Assembly (NCBI GenBank): GCA_965644295.1
Contig: CBFFRP010000119.1
Location: 62,001 to 126,000 of the forward strand
Direction of reading: 5' to 3'
Length of the DNA: 64,000 nucleotides
Source of the DNA: Paraphysomonas bandaiensis
Taxonomy: Eukaryota; Protista; Chrysophyceae
Positions 49,155 through 60,681 of the stretch are shown in pieces. Below the pieces are notes generated by a model, which worked only from the letters and a program-made list of their open reading frames with translations, did not search any database and was not told where the DNA came from. The stretch's first letter is position 1, and each line of letters opens with the position of its first letter. The position numbers and the translations under genes were made by a program.

Positions 49155-49430
49155 GATGCTGATATTGTTCAAAGCCCTACCTTCGATAAGGCCATCGTGA
49201 AGATTCAGAACGGAAACGAGGAATCTCTGACTCGTCAAGAGAGAGCAGCGGTTGCGAGCTTTCGAACGGATGCAGGAGAAGCTAAATCACTGGATAAGGC
49301 CGTCGAAGTGGAACGCTGCTGCTGCATTTGAAAGCCACAGAGCTACCAAGAAGTTACGACTACAGCTTGACACCCAGTATTGATCGACCACAAGCACATA
49401 TTCAGTACAACTAATGTTGTGGAGACACAC
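49155..49430 (+). pseudogene. hAT-like transposase remnant that was the Copia-3 target (left part ~30315-30346)
   Basis: Joining the flanks gives LRSSVDA|DIVQSPTFDKAIVKIQNGNEESLTRQERAAV, similar to the 28150 remnant; later HIFSTTNVVE. Confidence 0.55.
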
Positions 49431-49748
49431 AAGCATGAGAAATATATATTTACCTGGCCCTGGAACATATGATATACATTACGCTGAAACTATTTTCCAG
49501 TACAGAAACAATGACTCCAGAAATATTCTTAATTTTAAAACTTTATATGAAAACTTCATCGCAAAGAAGTGTTCGTCTTAACCCTACACATCACCATGCT
49601 ACTTTTTAAAGTCAGTAACTGCTACATAAGGGGATTGCCAGCTAAATAGAAGGCAACTTTATAATTCGTGACATCATGTATATCATTTCGGGCGTTCATT
49701 ATTGCCACATACGTATGGTTAAAAGTTAACGCCAATTTATACCAAAAC

Positions 49749-52739
49749 TTATGTGAACTCCATTTCCACAGGCTTTTGCCATTTCTTCTCTCCACGGTGG
49801 TCGGCCTTGTCCTTGTTACGCAGTTGGTACCTGTTGTATAGGAAGTATGCTAGCCATGCAGCGAATAGACCAACAAACAAGAGCACTATAGCAAGTGTCA
49901 CTTGCTGTTCAACTGTCTTGGTTCCACTGAGGTTGTACTTGATTACCTCACACCCCTCTTTATTACCGTCTCCAAGGCTATCGTTGTCGCCCTCCTGGGT
50001 GGTGAAAGTCTCTTTTGTCAGCACAGAGTCATCTTCCACAATACAGGAGGTAGCACCATTGTTGTTGGCACCAGAACCATCATTTGCAGTGTCTTCACAG
50101 GTGGATGCCGTCACCCTGGTTACAGCCGACCCAGTCGTGGCGGGGTTTTGATCCTGGAGTGCCCCTGTGACAGGGTCCACAGGACAAGTACCCACACAGA
50201 TAACACCCGTCTGATCTCTATTAGAGAAGTTGTTGTTTCGAGACGAGAAAAACGGGAACCAGCCGGACTTCTTGAGTGCCATGACACCACCATCAAAATA
50301 AGGGTAGGGTTTAGCATTCATTTTGGCACAGTTCAGGGGATGATTCTCGGCGACATCTTTGCTGGACATCGCATCTAGCTCCTCCTCAGTCAAACAGTCC
50401 TTTCCATCGCGGAGAATCAGAGCACCGCCATCCAACTGTATTGTAAATTAACGCGTACAGTAACAACACATTAGACCAACCTGCTGGTTGAGGTAAGCCA
50501 GTCGCAACAAAGTTTCATAGCAGTCATCACGGGTCTCATCCGTGTCTGTGTTCGGATCATAGCAAGGAGCATTGGCCAATAGCGCCTCCTTCGCCGACTC
50601 GATCTTCTGCGAGTAGGATAGGGTCGACGTCTGAGGGTCATACCCGAGGTAGTCCTTCGGAACATTAGCAGCCATAGAATCAAGCATGACGACGTTGCTT
50701 CGATCTGCCCTTGAGTTCAAATTCGCGTTCGCACTAGAAACGAAGTCATTCGCATCTGGAGGACCACCCTCAGCATTGTTGCAACCTCGACGAGGGTTGT
50801 AGTCTGAGCCCGTCCACTGGAAGTGAATCATATCATTCGATGACAGCGCAAGTGCATTGGGGACAAAGTCATATTCAACAGACGGATAAACATTCACTAT
50901 ATTCCCTCGTTTACCACGAACATTGACATTGTAAAGCTTTCCTCCATTAGAATTAATATTTGTGGCCATCAGAGTGGCATCAACCCTGGGAGTGTCAGTC
51001 TGTGTGTTCTGGGGACTGTCTGTCGTTGGGAACGGTTTAATAGAGAATGAATAGGATCTGTCTTGAAAGGTCCTTCCGTACTGGTTAGTATTAACAGCCA
51101 GAGACACAAACTTATCGCCAGAGCTTTCCAAGTCTCCAGGTCCAATGTATACATAAGGGTCCTGCAGCAGCGGGGTATTTGTGTCTGTACTGGACTGTGA
51201 GTTGTTGCGGTAGTCCACCATGCGGTCCGCACCGGGCGAGTTTGCGTCCTCCGGCCACTGTTGGAAGTCGCCGGTGGATATATTGTATCGGATACGGAGG
51301 GTACATGACTTATAGGCGTTCTCCATGGAGGAGAAGTAGTCTGTGCTGGTACTAGACACCGTGGACGGTATGCGAGGTATTTGCCAGAGGAATCTATTAG
51401 CATTCACGCCGTGGATTACATTATGGTCGGATGTTATACCTGCAGATTGTGACGTCTGAAGGGCGTCGTCAGCGTGTGCATTGCCCAATTGGTTCACCCG
51501 AGAAAATTGAGTCTTAGCACATACAAATCCGTCTCTATCCAGCTCAAGGTTATCTGAGTGCGAGATCTCGTACCATCTGAACCCGGCAGCTTCGCAGGCA
51601 GCACGGTTGTTGTACCAAACGTTACCCTTCCAGGCAGCGCTGTTCAGTTTAGTGTTCACAGTAGCAGATGGGTCACTGTGATCAACATCACAGTAACCCT
51701 TCGGATTGAAGTTCATGGTGTTATCCAGGTAGTAGAGGCAGCGATCCGTACAGTTTTCGCGCGTCGAGTCCGTACAGAGTTCCCCATCTGCAGCGTTGTC
51801 AGTGAGAACTGCAATGTCTATCCACGGGGTGGGTGCCCACCAGGGGTAGTAATCGCGCTCCTCAGGACACTCAAGACCTTGACGGTTACCATTTGGATTC
51901 TGTCGCGTTGCGCGACGGTCATTTCTGCGCATGCGCTGGTCAGCAGTGTAAAGCCCCTTGTTGCGCTCTGTGCGCTGGCAGAGCTGATAAAAGTCATAGC
52001 TCTCGTGCATGCCATACCGGCGGTCATTCACTGAGTCAGGAATAGCAGCACCCTCGTTGTCAGGAATTGTATCAGTTGCTGCATCATCAGCATTTTTAGG
52101 GACTCCGTCTCGAGGAGCTGCGATATGGTCACCCGACCTGAAGTGCTGGGTACCATAGTATTTACTTCCTGCTTCGGCTTTGTTGTTAACCCAAGGCCAG
52201 AAATTATCCACTCTAGGATCAAGGGTATCTTCACTATAACGAACAATTACACACATATGAAATACTAGCATTCTACGAACCATGCATACTGCAATATTAT
52301 TTCACAGGAAACTTTAGAATTAGATCCGCAGCCATGTTGATTGGTCCACTCGATGGGGAGAATACTACCCTCGTAATAATACAATCGCTTGTTCTGTGTG
52401 AACGTTATCTTCTGGCCTGTGGACGAATCAACATCCTCAAACACCGCCTCCCCCATCTCATTCTGCATGGACTCATCTCCCACTGCACGGGGACACGCGT
52501 ATCCTCCTGCTGCATTATTCTGACCGCCATTACACTCATACGATGTATACACGAAGCGCTCAAAATCTTACCTGTGAGTCGAATAGGCGATTGCCGTTAT
52601 TTCTGTTGATGTTTCTCTCACAGTTTCTGTCGTTACTGCCTCGCGGGTTATGCATATATACATCTCCTCTAACAGCAGTTAAGAGGATCGCACAGAGGCT
52701 TATATACACGCAGACACTGCGCTGCTTACACGGGAGCAT
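49749..52739 (-). CDS. DD3-3-like type I membrane protein, 4 exons
   Basis: Signal peptide; DVYMHNPRGSN..NRLFDSQ|NN..GGY; EWTNQHGCG; GLECPEERDYYPWW; LRIRYNIST; NTNQYGRTFQDRS; RGKRGNIV..YPSVEYDFVP; SRNNNFSNRDQ; C-terminal TM helix. These motifs are recalled from the Dictyostelium DD3-3 family. Confidence 0.82.
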
Positions 52740-53289
52740 CTTTAATATACGCGGATGGGCCAATCTCCTGCTTATGTTCGGTATGGCGGATTATTAAATA
52801 GGATTGCGTGTCGTTGTGATCATATGGTTCCACATACAGCCACACAACAGCACTGTATATCCACACTCCGCATCTATCTGTCTGTAATACATTGCTGTAT
52901 GTGTGCACTTGCATACCAGATACCAATTTTCGGTGAGGAAGATATGATGGAGTTCGTAAATGAGTCAAATGATCTCCAAAAAAATGATATTTTAAGTATG
53001 AAATTTGATTATTTTGAGAGAAAATGCGGGGTATTGCAGTACTTGGAAGTATCTATGGAATTTCCTACGACAATACTCTCTATGTATACCCCGTATATCA
53101 TATGAATATGCTCTATACAGTCTATACATGTACTGCTGTATATGTTCACGATGTAGGAGCACTCGGTATTCCTACATCGTACTAGCTTGTATTCCTATTC
53201 CTACAATATACAGATATATAGTAAGCGTGTACGTGTACTGTGTCCGGGTGTACAGATAGCTACACGCACTTGTATAGCTGCAGACGGAT

Positions 53290-54900
53290 ATGATAAAAAA
53301 GTTCGTCGAAATAGTCACAATATTCCCATCCATGTTATATAATAGCATCGTAGACTCCCTCTGGAGACGTCGCATCTGTCCGCGGTCATCCCTCACCAAT
53401 GCCTCAGTTTTACACTGGCGTCCAATGGTCGAAAGATTCGACCGCATCGGTGAGCTGGAGGGCCATACCGGATGTGTTAACACAGTGATGTTCTCTGATG
53501 ATGGAACTATAGCGATAACAGGATCAGATGACACCACTGTGAAACTGTTCGATGTCGAGGAGATGACTGTGAAGCTTACTGTGCATACGGAGCATACGGA
53601 TAACATATTTTTTGCTAAAGATGTGTTTGGTTCGAACTGTGAGCAGATATTAACATGTGCGGCAGATGGACAGGTGGTCCATATGTCACTGCATGGAGGA
53701 TCGCGTACCACTTCATCCATAGTGCACACTCATAGTGGGAGGGCTCACCGTCTTGCGCTACTTCCGTTCAGCTCTCATTTGTTTTATTCCTGCGGGGAGG
53801 ATGGCCGGTGTTTACTGCACGACCTTCGCGACCCTGATCGACAGAAACCTTGTATCACATTCCGTAGCATGTATGGGCTAAGATGCCCCATTTACGTCCT
53901 CGGGATAAATCCGGCGAGACCTCAAGAAATAGCCATTGGAGGAGCTTCGGCATGTGTCCGTGTGTTTGACGCCAGACGAAATGGTGAGCCCGTGGCTGAG
54001 TTATACCCCTCGCATATGCAGGACTGTCATGAAACTGTGTCTGGGCTCAAGTACAACTATACTGGGGATGAAATTGTGATTAGCTATATCGACGAGGACA
54101 TCTACTCCATGAACCCGTTGGAACATAATAAACTTCCTGGAATGAATTACAGGTCTGCTGGGATCGGAGTTGAATCGGGAGCAGATTATGTAGAGGAGTC
54201 GTCGGCATGTGGGCTGGGGTCAATACGTCCAGACTATAGACGCCGTTTCACGGGACATAGAAATTCGGACACTGTGAAACAGATCACATATATGGGTGGA
54301 CAATCGGAGTGGGTGGTTTCTGGATCGGACTGCGGACATTTATTCGTGTGGTGTGCCCGAAGTGGGGAAGTTGTACGGGTTTTAGAAGCTGATGAAACCG
54401 GAGCAATAAACTGTCTCTCTCCTCATCCCTACCTTCCTCTGCTCGCCACGTCAGGTTTGGATGACGATGCCAAGTTATTTGGGCCTTGCCCCTGCCCTAC
54501 CTCTGGTGCGATAGATCGAGAGCAAATTGCGGATATCTTACAATTCAACAGGCGTGAAGTCCAGTCGAGGAGTTCAGGCGATTACCAAGTAGGGAGTATT
54601 TTTGACCGCCTGATAACCATGCGTCAGATAGAGGAGATTGAGGGAGGCATAATGGAAGATTCCGAAGATGACTCGGAAGAGATGTCAGATAGCGACGAAT
54701 CTGATTCAGCTCAATGGTTGAGATTGGGCGACGATTTAAGAGAACGGTACAACGACATGTATGTCCTTGCTCTCCAATCTGCATATGACGAATCCACAAG
54801 CACCAGTGGAGATGAGGAAAACGGGTGCCCCCCCAGCAGTGGTGCCTCTAGTGATGTTGATGATGAGATACGAGCCGCTATCTTTGAAAATGTGGATTGA
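53290..54900 (+). CDS. DCAF8: WD40 protein, DDB1/CUL4-associated factor 8-like
   Basis: LEGHTGCVNTV, TGSDD, HTDNIF, TCAADGQV, SCGEDG, GHRNSDTVK, VSGSDCGHLFVW, NCLSPHPYLPLLATSGLD; acidic tail. Confidence 0.85.
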   Translation: MIKKFVEIVTIFPSMLYNSIVDSLWRRRICPRSSLTNASVLHWRPMVERFDRIGELEGHTGCVNTVMFSDDGTIAITGSDDTTVKLFDVEEMTVKLTVHTEHTDNIFFAKDVFGSNCEQILTCAADGQVVHMSLHGGSRTTSSIVHTHSGRAHRLALLPFSSHLFYSCGEDGRCLLHDLRDPDRQKPCITFRSMYGLRCPIYVLGINPARPQEIAIGGASACVRVFDARRNGEPVAELYPSHMQDCHETVSGLKYNYTGDEIVISYIDEDIYSMNPLEHNKLPGMNYRSAGIGVESGADYVEESSACGLGSIRPDYRRRFTGHRNSDTVKQITYMGGQSEWVVSGSDCGHLFVWCARSGEVVRVLEADETGAINCLSPHPYLPLLATSGLDDDAKLFGPCPCPTSGAIDREQIADILQFNRREVQSRSSGDYQVGSIFDRLITMRQIEEIEGGIMEDSEDDSEEMSDSDESDSAQWLRLGDDLRERYNDMYVLALQSAYDESTSTSGDEENGCPPSSGASSDVDDEIRAAIFENVD

Positions 54901-55489
54901 ATCCACGTTGTTAATAGCTATACAGAGAGATGTCTATAGTATCAGTGATGTGAAGTGTAATGCCTGTATAATTGTGTAAATGCTGTAGGTATTGTATTGT
55001 GTTGTGACCAATGTGTATAAGATATAACGTTTTATATTCTGGGCAAGTTCATTTTTTGTGATTATCTCAGAGCGTGTAATAGCAATCAGTATCATACGTT
55101 TATTCTAGAATGTCAGTTGTAATCATAGTGGAGGTACCGCGTAATAATTAATTGTCTGCAATCTTGTTGCTTTCGCGAGTAACTTTCTGAACTACAATCT
55201 CACCCCAAAGATGCCGGTTAGCGTGCAGAAACATCTATTTCAAGATGTCTAGATGTCATTCGCTTGCAAAATATAGCCATAACAATCTTAGCTCTGATAA
55301 ACAACCTCTCACAGCCATTGACAGTGCTTCACTCTGCTGAGGCACCACCCTCAACAAAGTCAAAGCAATAAATGACTCAACCTAGCCTAGTATAGTTTTT
55401 AACTTAGTCATGAATTGTACTCACATATAGTTACGCATTAGAGGCATATAGCTATGCATTACAGACGCATGACGTCATAGTAGGTGAAG

Positions 55490-56560
55490 GGGATATATTA
55501 TTCAACCTAGTCAATTTGGTGGACTTTCCTAGTCACTCCAAAATTGGTGTAATAACCTAGTCAAAACTATAAATGACTCAACCTAGCCAATTATAGTATT
55601 AAACCTAGTCATGAATTGTACTCGCATATAGCTACGAATTACAGAAGCATGGGGTCATAGAAGGTGAATTAAAATCAATACAACATAGATCAGGCGAACA
55701 CAAAGCTAAAGAGCAGTAATATAGTAAGATATAACAGCATGGACAGGACTCCATCGCTCTCTCCAATGCTCAAGTAGGCTTTTGTACACCATTCTTTCTC
55801 AACACAATCTCCATAGATGTCCTTCAGTCACCTTCAGAAACATTGATGAAACCTTGTACTCTGGGGGGGTCTATCAGCATCACTTAGTTTACTCCCACTC
55901 CCTAGCCGTACATCACTTGCGAGGTATGTGTATGTCACTTACACACCCTTACATATATTAATTATGTCCTTAGGGGACATTGATGTAAAGCACATGGCGA
56001 GCACTATCAGGCCTGCAAGGAAACGCGGCCGGCCTCGCAATGCAGCTGGGGCACTTATCTACGATGACCCCATAGATGTGGAGGCCCTTAAGCCAGGGGA
56101 CTGGAAGAACGCGTATGTTCGCCACCCACAGTACCTGAATGGTATGTGCGTGGATTACCGCGTGGTGCCGAACCACAGAAATAAAAAAATTCTTCGCTGG
56201 CAGTGTCGGTTTTCTGATGCTCCAGATGACATCCTTGCTCATCCGAAGATTGTGGGGTTCGATGCCCATGAAATGAAGATTGCTGTGGAGCTACACCGGA
56301 CTTGGTCATCAGAAACAGCCCAATTTGCATTCGACTGTGAAGACGAAGTGTGAGGCATATAGAATTTAATTTATGGCTATAGTATGCTCCCCTGTTTGAC
56401 TAGGTGAATACTCAATTCCACCTAGTCAACCTAGTCATTGTAAAGTTAAAAATCTAATTATTTAATGACTAGGTTTTTCAACCTTTTGACTAGGTTATTA
56501 CACCAATTTTGGTGTGACTAGGAAATTCCCCCAAATTGACTAGGTCGGAAAATACATCCC
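55490..56560. mobile_element. Inner Mutator-like (MULE) element with long imperfect TIRs and a 10-bp TSD
   Basis: ~75-bp TIRs GGGAT..ACCTAGTCAATTTGG..AATTGGTGTAATAACCTAGTCAAAA; perfect TSD GTAGGTGAAG (55480-55489, 56561-56570). Confidence 0.8.
55928..56353 (+). CDS. Small ORF inside the MULE with an AT-hook-like motif
   Basis: 141 codons; RKRGRPR; largely absent from the outer sibling copy. Confidence 0.4.
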   Translation: MYVTYTPLHILIMSLGDIDVKHMASTIRPARKRGRPRNAAGALIYDDPIDVEALKPGDWKNAYVRHPQYLNGMCVDYRVVPNHRNKKILRWQCRFSDAPDDILAHPKIVGFDAHEMKIAVELHRTWSSETAQFAFDCEDEV

Positions 56561-57001
56561 GTAGGTGAAGTAGAACCAATGCAACATACATCAGGTCAAA
56601 ACAAAGCTAAAGAGCGGTATATAGCAGCATAGACAGGACTCCATCGCTTTCTCCAATTCTGAAGTAGACTGGTATACCATTCTTTCTCTCAACACAATCT
56701 TCATGCATGCCCTTCAGTTGCCTTTGAAAGCATCGATGAAATCTTGCCCTCGACTGTGGCGATTAAGTGTGTGGCATATAGCATTTGAAATTTTAAATTT
56801 ATGGCTACAGCCTACAGGATGCTCCCCTGTTTGACTAGGTGAATACCCACTTCCACCTAGTCAACCTAGTCATTGTAATGTTAAAAATCTAAGTATTTAA
56901 TGACTAGGTTCATCTACCTTTCGACTTGGTTTTTACACCAATTTCGGTGTGACTAGGAAATTCAACCAATTTGACTAGGTTGAAAAATAGATCCCAAAGC
57001 A

Positions 57002-57159
57002 GAACATAACTATCATGCACAACGGAATATGTAGAAGTGTAACTGATAATGACGATACTCTCTCTAATTCAACAGATACTCTCTCTAATTCAGTTCATTA
57101 TATATTTTATTGAACATAACTCACAGATACTAGCTTGTGTTAAACTGAAACCTAATGCA
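57002..57159 (-). mobile_element. Degenerate partial LTR of the Copia-1 family
   Basis: ACTATCATGCACAACGGA..AGAAGTGTAACTGATAATGACGA..ACAGATACTCTCTCTAATTCAGTTCAT matches ~5505-5672. Confidence 0.8.
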
Positions 57160-57332
57160 TGAGTACATGTATAGACGATAGGAAAATGCGAAAATGGTAG
57201 AAGCGTTAGAGGTAGCGAGGTAGGATGGGGATCAGGTGTTAACGAGGCATCGGCCTTTCATAATACCTGGTAAATATACGGATAATACCAACTTATATAG
57301 CTAGTGTAAACTTAAAAACGAGACAAAACATA

Positions 57333-57929
57333 TTATGTTACACTTCGCACGAAAGGAAAACGGAGTTCTACTATATACGCTACTCTTCCTCGCAAAAGTC
57401 CAATAGGAACAGGGCCATACTTCCTAGAATCATTTGAATTCGATGCATTATCACCAAGAAGCCAGACATGTCCAGGAGGAACAGTCACGAAAACAGGAAA
57501 TCCTACACTGTTACGAAAAAAAACTTTTTCACCAGGCATACCGGCGATTCTTTTGCACACCGTTTTCCCAGGATCAGTATTGCAAATACTGATTACAACG
57601 TCGCCCTTGTGGTACCCATCACGAACAATTTTGTTGACAAGGACAACATCGCCATCATGGTTGAAAGTAGGCATCATGCTCGGTCCGATGCACTGCACAC
57701 AAGTAATCATAAGTAAAAGCAACATCACACACACACTCACAGTTGTAATAGTGAGCACATAGCTATCAAGAAAACAATACAATCCACCAAACTTCGCCAA
57801 TGTCGCCACTGTATCCACACTGTTGACGAAATATCACCATAAGCGCATCGAATAACAGAACTCAACTCACACTTCAGCGTTATATTCCTTAAAGTTTTTG
57901 AATAGTTTAAAAAACCTCGCGAAGGGCAT
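57333..57929 (-). CDS. IMMP1L: Mitochondrial inner membrane peptidase subunit 1 (S26), 3 exons
   Basis: CIGPSMMPT catalytic Ser, VCKRI catalytic Lys, VPPGHVWLLGDNASNSNDSRKYGPVPIGL. Confidence 0.9.
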
Positions 57930-59045
57930 AGTGTGTCAACAGCTCGTGGAGTATGTCGGCACAGAGCTGCTCTGGCATGTGACGGTGTTGTTAATTAGGA
58001 GTGTTTAGGCCAATCGGCTGTCCAGTATACAGTATACTACATATGTATAGTAAGCACACAGTGCATACATTGTATACAGCAGTATAAACATGCTGATCCT
58101 CATACGAATGCAGGCCAGGTGTAGCTGTTACGAAGGGTTTGGATGCCTAGCATTTCAATATGACATAAGTATCGGCATCCTTTGTATATTTTTGTTCAGA
58201 GATGCTCTAATATTGAGTCAACAATTATATGTATTAAAGCCGTAGTTGTATAGCAGTAATATAGAGAATATTTTGCTTCAATTTATTTCCGAAAAATAAG
58301 ATGCTGACTGCCGATAGGACATACATATCCCAGAGTAATCGGATGCAGCTCTTCGTTAAGATATGTAGTGTGAGTGTTCTTCTTAGTTGATGCTATCAGT
58401 TATGTGTTAGCTGACTGTGTAGTGTATGTATTGATATCGTGACAATGAATACACACGAGTTGTGTCGACCGACAAAGTAATGTATATAGCAGTATCGTAA
58501 TGGACGTGATGTTGGAACGACATATCTTTGACCTTATTAATCTCTAAGTTGCAATGGGCAATTGTTACATGTAACCAGATATACTGCGTGACTGTTTTAT
58601 ATGTAGAACTGTATCGAATTTTACCCTCCTTGAAAGTGTAGTCTGCTCCAGAAACTTATGCGTTAGTCCACATGTTCTGGAACAGTGGCGATCAGCCTTT
58701 ATCTTTTGAAAATATTTTATTGGAGTTGTCCACACTTTTTGGACATATGCATCTTGTTACTTTTTGTGCCATAATGCCAAGGAGTCAAAGTAAATTACAA
58801 ATACAGCACTAATTGTACTGAACACACAAGTTCCGGTAAATATTCAGTTTCCGTTAGGCATTTTACAGGGTCGTACTACCACTAATAAGAAGTTTCAACT
58901 TTTACAACAATTACTCTTCGTCATGTTTACTTATTGATTTAATCCACAGTGCAATACTAGCAGTCTGATATCATCAACGCACAGCTATAGCTTGCCAATT
59001 GAGGCTTTGTATTCATATCACATTACCCGTTTAACTACCAACTCT

Positions 59046-60681
59046 TCAGCGCATCATACTGCAAACAGAATGATATGGCTGTACTCCAAACGTATTACCC
59101 AATACAGCGTACGACGGGGTTGACTTAAGAATGGCGGCAGCAGCTGCGGATACCTCTTCGTTTGTGACATCGGAGTAGTTTCCAATTTGGGAGAGTGGTA
59201 TGCCTTGGCTTGCAGCGGAGAGGAGGAGTGTCGCAGCAGCGTCACCTCCATCCAGTGCACTAGCGCTGAGTAGAGACAGCTACGTACAATACAATCAATA
59301 AATACCGTGGTATTAAGAAGAGGTATATGCATGTTGTACCTTGGTCTTTGCCGCACTTGCGTTCACCTTGCTTGCGATCTCCTTCAGTTCATTGATTGTA
59401 AGAGCCAACAGATCCTCAGTGCTCTGCTTCGATTGAGTCGCTGTATAACATCCAACCAAACCGCTGTCAGAGTTCTGAATATGGAATGACTTTAGACAGC
59501 CCTTGTTATCTCCTTTGGTCTTGGCAGCCAAACGGGACTCAAGTATAGTATGAAGAACCGCATATGCCTTGCCTGGAAGTAAAATGGTGTCAGTTCAATG
59601 CGCCCAATTATACATACAAACACATATCTAAAACTGAAACATACCATTTGCTCCGTGCGCAGCAGGAAACGCGAGTGCGGCATGAATTTGGCCATTGAAG
59701 TCCACCGCACGACGCACGACACCTCCACAATACGGCGATTCCGTAATGGCTTTATATTCTCCCTCACCGAAGGCGGTTCCAATCGCCTCAAGCTCAGCAA
59801 GAGACATACCATCCGCCGCAACAGTTAGGTTTGGTGACGTGAAGTGGCGGTTACGGAATGCCAGAACATCGTCCATGTGAAGTTTGGAGAGTTTTGTGGC
59901 ATAGCAAGAAGACCCCATTGGGGTGCCTTCACCGTATGCAGCCTCGTATAACATCTTCAAATATACAATCAGAAAGTCTATGACGTACATAGTGTAAGAT
60001 GCTCAACGACAAAACATACCTCAGTAAGTGCAAGTTGTGGTGAGGATTGTCTGAGATGGTAATCATACTCAGCCACAGGCATGCGTTCCTTAATCTACGC
60101 TAACGGTTAGCCATTTCAATAGCACATTGAATCACTAGTATTATACCAAGTAGGAGTGTTTAGGAGGGGAAAGGATAACTTCTGTAAGAATGGCAGCAGC
60201 ATCTGAAGCGAACTCTGGAACTGATCTAATGCTGTAAACAGTCTAACAAAACAATAAATCACCGGACAAAGCTAAAAAAATAATAACCTTCTCGCGGCCA
60301 GCTTCAACCCCAACTGAAAACCCGTAATTTTCTATCTCTCTCATTAGCCTGAGGCCATCTCTATTTTGGGTTCCCGCAAATGCAGCCACAGACAGCAAAT
60401 GCGCAGCTCCTTTCTCGTTCTCTCGCTCATGTCTGCTCCCGCTGCTCACAGCCACCTTAAGAGACACACTCTACTACGTATTATTCGTTTCTGGAAATAG
60501 AACTTAAGCGTACCTCAACATATGCATCTCTCGCTAGCACTGTAACGCCATTGTTGAGCTGTTTCTCGTGTAATATGGCTTTTCCAGCAGATGCAGATGG
60601 AGTCGCTGATACAGATGTAGACATGCACCGGCATGAGGGCGGGATGATCCGCTTGAGGTAGACGTGTGTGTGTGATAGCAT
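59046..60681 (-). CDS. Non-catalytic M16B protein (complex III core 2 / MPP-alpha-like), multi-exon
   Basis: Presequence; LNNGVTV; SGSRHE..GAAHLLSVAAFAGT (no HxxEH); LYEAAYG; SPYCGG; C-terminal TPSYAVLGNTFGVQPY. Confidence 0.8.

Larger units (their letters stand above)
55368..56995. mobile_element. Outer non-autonomous Mutator-like element (left TIR missing), interrupted by a sibling copy
   Basis: 55368-55489 and 56561-56995 align to the inner copy; right TIR ends ..GACTAGGTTGAAAAATAGATCCC; many CCTAGTCA subterminal motifs. Confidence 0.65.

Noticed and set aside
5406-49159. Copia target-site consensus (CATCT, CATCA, GATGC)
   Set aside because: Only three sites from three families, and the shared CATC is out of register in the third.
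55368-56995. CRISPR-like array of CCTAGTCA repeats
   Set aside because: Repeats are short, irregularly spaced and in both orientations; they are TIR/subterminal motifs of a DNA transposon.
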